Shown: positions 1 to 11,377 of the stretch, in pieces | How the letters are laid out: each line of letters opens with the position of its first letter | How positions within the stretch are numbered: the first letter of the stretch is position 1 | Assembly (NCBI GenBank): GCA_052327205.1 | Contig: CM126217.1 | Span: forward strand, 71,300,001-71,364,000 | From: Somniosus microcephalus | Lineage: Eukaryota | Reading direction: 5' to 3' | Length of the DNA: 64,000 nt | The notes under the pieces: generated by a model | The model's input: only the letters and a program-made list of their open reading frames with translations | Told to the model about the DNA's origin: nothing | Database searches by the model: none | Made by a program: the position numbers and the translations under genes

Positions 1-788
1 CTAAGTGCACATTTTCTTAACTTAACAACGAAGAATATTTATTTCTGATTTATTGTGTATAATTTTATACACATTGTATTTACTTACAGTAAGTTATGTG
101 TAGCAATCAGCATTGCTGATGGACACTTGTCATATTACATTGTTATACGTGTTTGGCAGAAAATTGAAGATTGTGTCTTTAAAACTTTAAATAAATATTT
201 TAATAAAACAGGCTCATTAATGAGTTCATTCTTTGTCAGTTATGGAGTGGAACTGTTTTCTGCAGAAAATGCTCTCTACGCAGCAAAATATGGCTTGTGA
301 AGCATTATGGTTTTTGTTGCAAGCTCAAAACTCATTCCTATGGAGAACAGTTTATTGTAATAATTTACAAATAATAGTAAATTATCACTGCAAAATATAA
401 ACTGGAATACAATTTTCTCTTAAAATTGGAAGGCACTATGATACTGAAATCCGGTTGAATTTAGAAATGATCCCATTTTTTGTATTTGCTAAGTTTAAAG
501 GCAAATATCCACTAAAACACCTAGGTTATGTCAAACACAGGTTAACAAGGTGAGAAAAGGGCTCACAACTGTCCCGTTAAACCTAGCCGATGAAGACACG
601 TATAAAGCGAATGGTTTCAACTGTTTTGAACTGACCCTTCATTTTCTTTAACGAATTAATTTTTTTTCGATGTAAACGTTCTCCATGTGATCGGAGTCTT
701 AAAAGAATGATCCCTTCCTGTATACATCATTTTTTTAAAAACCCAGAAGAGCCAGTTAATCAGAAACTGTAAAAGTACCAGGCAATTT

Positions 789-1550
789 GGGCCAGTAATT
801 CCTGTCCCAACGCGTGAGTACGGTCGGGGTACTCGCACGTCTGGCCGGAGGAAATGCCGGTTTTCAGCATGCACAGCGCATGCGGGGAAAACTGGCATTT
901 CCTGCCCTCTGAACGAAGGAGTTCAGAGGCAGAACGCGCGCGACTGCACAGGCAGCGCGTGCGCAGTAAAATTCCTTTTTTTTTCAAAGTTGCGCGCGTG
1001 TAAAGGCCTCCGGTCTTTACGCGTGGAAAAAGAAGACGTAAGTATTTAGTTTTTCAGGTAAGTGGGCTTTTAGTACAATGTAGAATTTTTTTTTCCACAG
1101 GTTTGTTATTTTTAAAGAATTTACAGGATGGTAAGTTTAGTTTTAGACCCTTTTTTTTTAATTTATTTTTTTCAAAAAATTGATTAATTGTTTATAACAT
1201 TTTTAAAAACTTATTTATAGTTATTATAATCAGTGGGATGTTTTTTAAAATTTTATTTAAAGTTAAAGTAGTATTTTGGCAGCCCATACTTTTCATGAGT
1301 TTGACAGCTCTTACTGTCAAACTCATGAATGAGTTTCCCCTCCCCTGATTGGCTGCACAGTGCTCACCTGGTCCCAGCCGGCACATCGCACTAACTACGC
1401 CGCTGGATCAGGTTAGCACAGCACGCCGACAGCTGAACCGGGCCTGTGACAGGAAATGCAAGCAGGCCCGGGCTTCAGATGTCGGCGCCCAGGGTGAGTG
1501 CACATCGGGGGCTTGCACACGCGGCAAGCCCCCGATCTAATTTCAGGGCC
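789..1550. mobile_element. GC/CpG-rich non-autonomous DNA transposon (Harbinger-type MITE), ends degenerate
   Basis: Right end aatttcagggcc and left end gggccagtaatt resemble the TIRs of other MITEs in the window; internal 16-bp hairpin at 1292-1329. Confidence 0.5.
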
Positions 1551-2129
1551 AATAAATAATGGAAACAGAGTTGAACTTCGGTTTTCAGGTCACACAACAC
1601 GCAGAAACCACATAGACCCCAATAGGATGAACTTATCTTCATTCATGTGTGCAGAAGGAAGACAGGACACTGAAAGCAGATGGGGAGGTTTATCATGACT
1701 GTTATAGAGTGCATTTAAAATATTTTAAAGGACATCATCTTCATTATGAAGTGTTGGGCAAACATTTTTTGTATTTAGTAATTCAAAAATCTGAATCGTG
1801 CAGGTACATATCCTTCCATTACTTGTGTAAAGTTAACCAAGATGATGCACAACTCTTCTGACTATTCTCTAAGCAAAAATGTTTGCCACTTTTTCATGAA
1901 GATGGTGTTCCTTTAAGACTACGTATCCGTTTTGTCTTACAATTTTTGAGTGGGTCAATTACTACAATAAAAAAGAAGTACTGGATTATTTTTCAGCTAT
2001 ATTAGTGTGGGAAGTTTTTAATAAATCCATATTTTTCAATAGGAAATTTTACGAGCAGACAAATCCAGATCTTGGCATCATGAGCAAACTGGGAGCTGTT
2101 AGGTTAATTTGGTCACGTTGCACATTGGT

Positions 2130-2500
2130 TATAGATGGTGAATGGGGAAATGCAGTGCTTGTGAAGTACACAGACTTGCAGAAAGCCTTTGACAAGGTAC
2201 CACACAGGAGACTATTGGAGAAGATTAAGTGGTATGGAAATAGGGGTAGGATAGGAAACTGGATTGAAAACTAGTTCAAAGGAAGTAAACAGAGAGTAGG
2301 AGTTAAGGGCAGTTTCTCAGAGTGATTGGAGGGAGGTAGTGAGATCCCATAGGGCTTTGTTCTGGGACTGCTTCTGTTCACTGTGTACATCAATGATTTG
2401 GATATAGGGATAGAGGGAGTGGTGTCCAAATTTTCAGACAATACTAAAATAGGAGGCATAGTAAATAATTCAGAGGACCAAAGGAAGCTGCAAGGAGATC
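2130..2500 (+). mobile_element. CR1/L3 LINE RT fragment
   Basis: DLQKAFDKVPHRRLL and YINDLD..SKFSDNTKIGG motifs, with stops. Confidence 0.9.
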
Positions 2501-2665
2501 AACCTCAGTTTAATATCTCATTTGAAAGACAGAAGCTCTGGAAATGTGATATTCACTCAGTACTGCACTAACGTGTCATCCTAGATTATTTGTACAAGTG
2601 TGGAGTGGGGCTTGTACCCGTGACTTTCTGATTCAGATGTTAGAGTGCTACCACCGAATTAGGCT
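2500..2665 (-). mobile_element. tRNA-head Deu-type SINE fragment
   Basis: Reverse complement matches the 5' part of the SINE at 55115-55550. Confidence 0.65.
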
Positions 2666-4047
2666 CACTTCTGATATAAGTTCTGTGTTTGAGTGAGTGA
2701 GTGTAATTATACAATATTCTATAACACTTACTAAGATATATTTCTCTCCTTGTGTTAATTGTCCTAGCTCCTAAGTCCTCTCTATATATATTCATTATAG
2801 CTTTCTCATTGAGCTTTAATTTCACTCCTTGGTATTTTCTCCAGCTCTCCTATTTCTGCAGAGTCTTGAAGCAAATACAGTGACCAATCTCTGATTCATG
2901 GATTGAACTATAGGTTATGTTATAACATAACAAAGCTGTGCACAATGTGAACTAATAGCTAACACAGTTTTATGCACTGAATGCTGTACTCTTTGTGAAA
3001 TAAATGATTATTTTTTATCTGACATTCAGTAAAAAGATTAGATCAGAATGCATAGGGGAGCATAAAACAAAATAGTAAAATATTTTACAGGCACATCAAT
3101 AAAAAATGGAATGGGTATAGGGCCATTAAGGGATAGACAGGATAATACCACACGTAATGATAGAGAGATGGCAGAAATATTAAATAATTTTTTTGCTTCA
3201 GTATTTACCAGGGAGATAGAATAGGTGGACATGACATTAGATGATGAGATGAGTAATGACATAAATGCATTTAAAATAAAGAGGGAATATATTAAATAAA
3301 CTAATCAAACTCAAAGAGGATAAGACCCCTGGTCCAGATGGATTGCATCCACGCATTTTTAAAAAATCTAGTGAAGAGATAGCAGAGGCTTACTGCACAT
3401 ACTTAATAATTCGTTAGAAAAAGTTGTGTCTGAGGACTGGTGGATAGCTAATATAATACCTATATTTAAGAAGGGGGATAGAACATGTCCAGGGAATTAT
3501 AGACCAGTCAGTTTAACATCGGTGGTAGAAAAAATAACAGAATCCCTAATAAAGGAGAAAATAGAAGACCATCTAGAAACCAAAAACCTAGTAATGAATA
3601 GTCAGCATGGATTTCAAAAGGGAAAGTCATGCTTGACCAACCTCTGAATTTTTTGAAGAGGTAACAGAGTGAGTAGACAATGGTAATGTAGTAGATGTAA
3701 TTTATCTAGATTTTCAAATGGCCTTCGATAAGGTACCTCATAATATGAACAAGGTCAGACAATGCGGAGTCAGGGGACAAGTAGCAGAATGAATAGTTAG
3801 CTGGCTTCAAGACAGAAAGCAGAGAGTAGGAGTAAAGGGTAGCTATTCACAGTGGCAGAAGGTGGGAAGTGGTGTTCCACAAGGATCAGTGCTGGGACCA
3901 CTGTTGTTCACAATTTACATTAATGATTTAGAATTTGGAATCAAAAACACAATTTCTAAATTTGTGGATGATATCAAATTGGGGGAATAGTCAATACTGA
4001 GGAGGACTGCAACAAATTACAGGAGGACATTAATAAACTTGCAGAAT

Positions 4048-5465
4048 TGTAGGGGGTGGCGCGTGAGCCCAGTCAGTTATGCCTCTGACTGCCCGTGAGC
4101 AGTTCGAATCGCTCCCACGCCCCTGAGATTCTCGACACCGGACTTAGGTACAGGTAGCGATACAGAAAAGACTCGAGTAGACAGGTGGTTTGGGTGTAAG
4201 CAAGACTCAGGATTTTATTAAACAGGAAAAGCTAATACAGTCTTAAGAGAAGTTACCAGTATATAGAATTACAGGCAAATACAAATAACTATACTTATAC
4301 AGGGAATGGGGAACACACGGCACATCGAGGGAAAACAACGATCTTAACAATCCCCTTATCCTTATCCCACCCCCTATACCTAACTAGATTAAGCTATGAG
4401 GGGCCAGAATTTATGCTCACCAATCAAAAGGGTTTGTTGGACTCAAAACAGTGGTGGGGCTCGGGGTTCGCTCTTGGTGCTCTCTGGAGCCTGCCGTCAT
4501 CACGTGGTCTCCGGGTGCTGCAAGGGCGTTGTCCAGGTTCGAGTACCCCAAAATTAAAGTCTCTGTTTGGGTACTTTACCTTGCAGGGATGGATTCCTCT
4601 TCTTCGACCGACAGTTTGAGTTTGCATGAAGATAGTCGCAGGTTGGCTGAGGCTGAAGGCCCGATGATTCGAAGCCTACCCTCAGTTGGTCTCCTCAGTT
4701 GGTCTTCCTCAGTTGGTCTTCCCTCCTCCCCTCGTCGCGTCCCGCCTCGCCTGGCCTGAATTGTCCGTGTCCGCCCGATGCAGTGCCGGGGCGATTTCCA
4801 GATGGAGTGGCAAAAGGCACGGGCAAAGGCCAGGGGGTAAGCGCGGGATGGGGAAAGAGCGACAGCCACGAGGGCGAGGGGCAGAAGAGCCGAGCAGAGC
4901 AGAGAGCAAGATTGCTACCCGGGGCCTTCAATTATACTCTTTTCGAAAACCCTTATCTGCGTGCCAAATCAGGTTAGTTCTTTGCCTTAATCTTGGCGGG
5001 CTATTTTAAATAATGGTAGCAAGCTATACTAACTGTTTTTAGATGGCTGGTAATCGCATCTACCGGCCCGATAATTGACTTGTTTTGTTATGAATGTTCC
5101 TTGATGGGCCTGTCCAGCCTCAATGGCTTTCTTAATCTGTTGCTGATTATATATGTAAACTGCTTGATGGCCTTAACTATAGGCCTAACTGGATTTAGAT
5201 TTGTCTCCAATTCGATCGAATACATAATTCAAAGCCCTGTCTGGTTTCAAAATACAAAGTCTCTCTTCACAGAAACTGCAGCTTTGGTTTCGATTTTTCC
5301 ACAAGCTGCCTGCATTGCAGAGTCCAAGTTTTAAAATCTCACAGGCTTTCTGCCACGAGGCACGGACACCATCTTGGGTACCCTTTTTGATTTAAAATGC
5401 CCACGCAGGGTCCTGTTTATTAATAACAACCTTTGGGGAAATGTAGAAATTTTGCAAATTTTACA
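4048..5465 (-). repeat. 3' LTR of provirus (1418 bp)
   Basis: Direct repeat of 13227-15457 without the MITE. Minus-strand TATA-like box at ~4932-4938 and AATAAA at ~4214-4219. The PPT (cagggggg ag on minus) abuts it at 5466-5475. Confidence 0.95.
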
Positions 5466-5808
5466 CTCCCCCCTGTGATACTAAAACTTGCTTGAAGTAT
5501 CATACTTTTAAGGTGAGCAAAATTTTTCTGACCCTCCATAGTCAACCTTCCCCTGTAATTACCTATCTAATATACCCATGACACATGCACTTCCCATTCC
5601 GCGAAAATGTAGTGTACATCAGCATACAGAGAGTAAAATTACAGACTTTTACACACACATCCAAGCATGGAGGGGTCCAACACCACTGCACCACTTGGTA
5701 CACATATCTTTATTAAACCGCGTTGCAAAAAAAACCAAAAGAAAAACCTTTATTAAAAATAACAAACACAAAGAAATGATCCTTTAATCAAAATACAGGG
5801 AAAAAGAC

Positions 5809-7650
5809 TTAAACCGGCATATCTCCCTCCACCTTTACATAATGTTCCTTCCAAATCCTCTGGTTTCGGAATTCTGACCACCGACCTTTTCCCTTACACT
5901 GAATACAAACTAAATACAACACTATCCCTAACTGACAAACCACGAGAATGTGGGAAGCCAGTCTGATCCACGAAGGGACCTCTATGTTATTGAAAATGTT
6001 CCACCAGGGTGGAGTCACTATATTCAATATCTTAGTCCCTATCTCTACTGTTTTCTGTTCGAGAGTGTAAAAATGTTTCTGTGAAACTATAACGGCTTTG
6101 AGTATTTTAGTAAGGTGTTCAGGGAGAGGGGGAATTTCCTAGCCAAAGTGCGCTACGTACTTTTGCAAATTCGTAAAATTCTCCTTCACAGTGAGGTGAA
6201 CAGTGGAGGGTTCAGGAATGGGGACAATTCACTCCTGGGCCACTTGAACTTCTGCCTCGGGTTTAAAACAGAAACTGCTGTCACTAACCGGACACCAGCT
6301 ATGCTGTCCATACTGGTAGTGGGACGCGCCGGTTGTGACACAATATGTCCTACCCCCTATATATGCTACCTGCGGGGGAACATGGCCTTGTGTCATTGCC
6401 TCCATGGTGCAATTTATAGGCTTCGTGCCAGCAGCTCTGAACCCACACAGCGGTTTCGAATAGGCATTCAAGTGCTGGGGACACAGGATTATGTGTGCTC
6501 CCCGGCTCCGGCACCCTGAGAGGTCAATACCTGTCATAGCGTGCTCCCACTTTATGACGTAAGGTGGGACCGCTGTGAAACGAATGTGTGCACCCCCCTG
6601 AATGACTCCAATGTTCTCCACCCTGTATACCGGTGCGATCGAGCCGTCCTACACATGACTGGCATCCTAACTACTACTCCCATGATTGTGTGGTTGGACC
6701 GCCCACAATCCACAGGGACTGGGTAGGCTTCGGAGGCTACCGGAGTTGGCATGGGCTCAATGCATTCTCAAAAGGGTGGAGGGCTGCGAGGTGCTTGTTG
6801 CTAATCCAGGAGGGGACCAAACCCTGTTTTAAATCCTCCAGATTACTGCGGCCCTCGCCCAGTAACCACGCCCTGTATAACACGCACACCTCATTCTGCG
6901 CAGCCTAGTCAGAAGCATTTTTGTCCTCCCTTATGAGAGCATTTACCGTCTTTGCGTGCTTTTCCAACTCGGCTATGATCTCCTGTAAATGGACCGTCAT
7001 GGCCTGGTCCTCATGCAACTCCGAGCCCACTACCTTGTTCTCGTCCAGTAATATTTTCTTTAACTGTGTTTTTAAACCGTTTATCTGGGTCTGCAGCTCT
7101 ATGTCATCCAAGCTGTTGATGACAGAGGACCCAGTATTAAACGCAGTAAAAATATCATTCCATACACCCCTTCTTTGCCTCCCTGCATTACCCAAAAATT
7201 CTCGGTGTGTGGTGTACAGTTCGGTCTTGTCCACGTGGGCAAAATCGAACTCGTAAAACTTCTTGAACATGTCCTTTAATAGGGCCTGGTATAACTGCTC
7301 TGTTTCTTTGGGGCACCACTACGGTAAATGTACCTTGGTGAGATTTAAAATCACTGAGGCTACCGCGTAGTGTACCCCCTGGTACAGCATCTGAACGGTG
7401 GGGACTAATACCAACCCATTCCCTGGTCCCTTGGTGGCGGTGGGGCAACCTTCCCTGGATAACCTCGCCACCTGCGCCGTGGGCGGGGGCTTACGGGGGC
7501 GGGTTACCAGCTCAGTGGCATTGACTGGGATCGGGGAGAATGGGACTGCACACGCCTTCAGGCTGGTATCCCACCTCATCCCATCCCCTGCGTCTTGCCA
7601 CTGCCGGTGGAAAATAATGGATACGCCTGTGGGGCAGACCTTCTCTGACC
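5809..7650 (-). pseudogene. env: env, class I fusion glycoprotein similar to Mononegavirales F; 4 internal stops and 2 frameshifts
   Basis: GLVLVPTVQMLY..ILNL..P*WCPKETEQLYQALLKDMF (F2-like); furin site RQRR; fusion peptide GVWNDIFTAFNTG; heptad repeat; Cys-rich DLSGC..IILCP region; TM ASHILVVCQLGIVLYLVCI; tail ends 5809. The 5' boundary is approximate. Confidence 0.8.
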
Positions 7651-10600
7651 CCAACATATCCTCGGACCTTACCCCAACTGGCTGCTTTCCCCTTTCCGGT
7701 GTAAACAACTTACACTGGTTGATATGGAACCATTTTGTACGCCGGGGCATCTTCACGGCGTATACCATGGGGCTGGCTTTATCTACAATACTGTAGGGCC
7801 CCATGTATAATGGCTCCAAACTACCTACTCGGGCATAATTCCTCACCATAACCTGATCTCCTATTTCCCACTCATGGTGCTTTCTCGGTTCGAGCAGCAA
7901 TCGGTTACTCCGATGCTGCCTTCCCATGTTCCCAGCCGCCTGCTCATGGACCTGCTTCAGGTGCTCAAAGAGGTTTCGGGCAAGCCTGTCCCGGTTTACC
8001 TCCCTGAGCTGACCCTCCGTGAGCACCGGGGCTAGTACATGGGTGGGGGTCTGCATAACCCAGCCAGTCATTAGCTCGTACGGGGAATACCCCGTGCTTT
8101 TAGACTGGCTGGCCCGGATCCCCATCAAAACCAACGGTAGGACTTCGGCCCATTTACGGGGCGAGTCCGCCGTTTCCTTTCTTAACCTTTCTTTCAGGGT
8201 CCGATTCATGCGTTCTACAATCCCCGATGACTGGGGGTTGTGGGTTACGTGCCATTTCCCCTCAATGCTTAGCAGCATCAGGGTGTTCTGCATCACCTGT
8301 CCACTGAAGTGGGTCCCTTGGTCGGACTCCACAAACTGTGGTAGTCCCCACCTCGAGAACACTTCCCGGACTAGGATCCTGGCAGTACCCAGAGCTGTGG
8401 CAGTTCTGCAGGGAAAGGCTTCTACCCACTTGGTAAACACGTCCACCAGGACTAGGCAGTACTTATAGCCTCCCTGAGCAGTGGGCAGGGGCCCGATGTA
8501 GTCGACTTGTATCGACTGTCATGGTCCCTCTACCCTCTTGATGTGTCCCATAGGGGCCTTCCTTTTGTGGGTGTCAGGGTTGTTCGCAGCGCACACAAGA
8601 CAGCCTGCGCAGAACTCGCAGACATCGTCCCTGAGTCCCGGCCACCATCCCGCCTGTTCCAGCCGTTGCCAGGTGGTCTCAGGCCCAGGGTGTCCTGCTC
8701 CTGGACCCTCATGGGCCAGTTGAAGGAATTCCCTCTGGTGCTGCTGCGGCACAACCCACTGTTCCCCCCGGAACAGCATGCCCTCTTTAACGGAGACGGT
8801 CGCTGTGCCGTACGGACCTTCTACTCCTTTTCCCTCAGCTACAGCGCTGAGGACTGCTTTGAGGACGGGGTCTTGGGCTTGGACCGTCTTAAGGTCTGGG
8901 GCTAACGCTACCCCTACACTCCCTTGGGTCCCGTCCCTACCTCTGACCGCCGCCATGGGCCTGGACCCAAATGGGTCCCAGAAAATGCCTGCGCGGGCAC
9001 CCTCCTTGGCGAGCAAGTCAGCCTGCTGGTTGCCTTGGCCGCGGGGTTCTGTGGAGGAATGGGCTTTCACCTTGTGGATGAAAACCTCCCCTTCCTCCCC
9101 CACTGCTGCCAGGATCTTTTCCAGCAGGGGCTTTACTGTGAGGGGTCTCCCGTCAGCGGAGGTGTATCCGCGGCGGGACCAGATGGCCAGGTACTCCGTA
9201 CACGAATTGCACATAAACATGCTGTCTGAGCAAATTGTGTAGGGGGTGGGGAAGATTTCGGGGTGTGTAACAACGTACACCACCGCGGACAGTTCAGCCT
9301 GCTGGGCGCTCATGGTGCTGGGGAGCTTAATTGCCAGGGCAATGTTTGCCGCTGGGTCGTAAACTCCACACCCCGTGAGACGCTTGCCAGCAGATACCGT
9401 GCTGGAGCCGTCCACATAGATTTCGCGGCCTGTGGGATGTATCCCGGCCCATAAACCTATGTTTACTTCCCAAACCCCTTCAATGGAACACCGATGGGCT
9501 GTTCCAGGATATACCATGTTGGCTGCGAGCTTTGGCTCACAGAGACCCTTCACCTTCAGATCCATCTGTGAGAGGAGCAAGGTCCAGCGGGTAATGCGGG
9601 CACTGCTCACTGTCCCATCCTTGATCCTCCCGTCCAGAAGAATCTGGGTGGGTGTGTGATGGGTGAGGAGGGTGATGGGAGAGGTGCCTGTGAAGATCAA
9701 TGATCTTTTCACAGCCCAATGTGTGGCCAAAAGATGCCGCTCACAATTGGAATAGCTCCTTTCCACATCTGTGAGTATCCTGGAGGAGTAGACCACCGGC
9801 CGCAGCCGGCCGTGCCGCTCTTGGAGCAGCACAGCACTGAGGCTGTCTCCGCTGGCTGCTACCTCCAGGAAAAACTCTTTCCCCCCATCTATGGCCCCTA
9901 AAGCTGGCGCGGTCTGCAAGTCCTTCTTGAGCCTGACAAATGCTGCCTGGCAACCCTCATCCCAAAGCCACTCCACTCCCTTGTGTAGGAGTCGGAGCAG
10001 AGGGGCTGCGGTGGCTGCATAGTCCTCAATAAAGTTTCTACAGTACCCGGTCAGCCCCAGGAACGAACTCACACCCGTTACTGTGTTAGGGACTGGTAGT
10101 TCTTGTACTGCCTCCCTCCTAGCCTTATCTATGGCCCTTTCTCCAGCGCGCACGGTCAGACCGAGGAATTTCACCTCCTGCTGGCCGATCTGCGCTTTCC
10201 TGGGATTTACCTTGAAGCCCTTCTGTCCTAGCAGCTCCAGCAGTTCGGCCAATAGCGGGCCATGCTCCTCTTTCGAATCAGTGAACAGGAGCAGGTCATC
10301 TACATATTGAACCAACTGTCTGGGCTGGCTAAAATCCTTCAAACTGTCGGCCATGCACTGATGGAAAATGCTGGGGCTGTTGTGGAAGCCCTGTGGCAAA
10401 CAGTTCCACGTGTACTGTTGCCCTTTAAACGTAAAGGCAAACTTGTACTGATCCTCCCTCCTTAAAGGGATGGACCAAAACCCATTTGAAATATCCAGCA
10501 CCGTAAAAGTGGTTGCGGATGCGGGAATACTCCCAATGAGGTCGGCAACTGCTGCTACTGTGGGTGCGCAGGCTGGGATGTTGTTGCTATTGAGCACCCG

Positions 10601-11377
10601 ATAGTCCACCGTGGCCCTCCAGGAATTGTCCGGCTTTCTGACCGGCCATAACGGAGAAATCACGTGGGTAGCTATCGGTCTCAGAACTCCCTGCTGCACT
10701 AACGAGGACATGGCTGCTTCCATGTCCGGCTCTGCTTCCCTGGGGAAGTTATACTGTTTCTGTGGTCGGGCCATGGGGTCCCCGTCTACGCTGACCTCAA
10801 ACCCTGTGACCCTCCCGCAGTCGTGTTTGTGAGTGGCAAATGTGGCCAGGTGGGCCTGCACAAATGCCTGGAACTCTGGTGGGGTGTTGCTGACCATGAG
10901 CCCGAGGTTATAATCCTCTTTGGGCTTCATGGTGCAGAGGGTCCCCTTCCCTTCCTTTCCCGGGATTACTACGATCTCACCGTTCTTTACTGTACCTGCC
11001 CCCCAAAGGCAGTGATTCCTCAAATCCACTAGGATCCCGTGACCTACGATAAAGTCGGCCCCCAGGACCCCTCTTCCACCCTCCACGTCCCATTTCATCA
11101 GGACACACGTCCACTTAGAGCAGAGCGGTCCTATCCGAATGGTGAGCGGGATGGAAAACGAGCCGGCCTGTTCCCTACCCGTGTACCCCGATAGACTGTA
11201 TGGGACCCCTCTGGAGAGAGGTGAGGCGATGGGGTTAGCTGAGAAGACCACGGTGCATGGTGCCCCCGTGTCTAACAGATAGGTCCTCGTCACCTTCTCC
11301 ACCTCCATCTCCAAAAGGGGTCTTTTCCACTCATCATATCGGAGCGAACACAGATAAACAGGCTGCGCTGGCTCTAG
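7650..11377 (-). pseudogene. pol: pol: protease, RT, tether RNase H, RNase H, integrase; one internal stop (8519-8521)
   Basis: LLDTGA; LPQGF..YVDD; degenerate FLEVAAS RNase H; intact YVDGS..AQQAEL..SDS..GNQQAD RNase H; HHCC (H..H..CLVC); VDYIGP..SDQG..VERMN; GPY motif. Confidence 0.93.

Larger units (their letters stand above)
269..2913 (+). pseudogene. Decayed IL-10-family cytokine gene remnant 1 (IL-20/IL-22-like), five exon-like segments
   Basis: e1 269-~453 MLSTQQNMACEALWFLL...HCKI*TGIQ...EIR (cf. IL-20 CVIATNLQEIR). e2 ~494-549 ends at a gtgaga donor. e3 1655-1803 (tgcag|...|gtacat) reads KEDR..KQMGRFIM / LGKHFLYL..KSESC. e4 2043-2102. e5 2845-2913 ctccag|LSYFCRVLKQIQ*PISDSWIEL* (cf. 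IL-20 [23 protein letters not shown]). Stops and frameshifts are present; judged by eye. Confidence 0.4.

Noticed and set aside
2813-2950. Alternative reading as a signal-peptide exon (ALISLLGIFSSSPISAES*)
   Set aside because: No ATG or good donor; the same DNA fits better as the last exon of remnant 1.
4680-4725. Short tandem repeats as a CRISPR-like array
   Set aside because: Eukaryotic LTR minisatellite without spacers.
4576-4869. LTR R-region ORF ending at a splice donor as the source of the env leader
   Set aside because: Weak hydrophobicity, a different frame in the 5' LTR, and phase incompatible with the acceptor at 7601.
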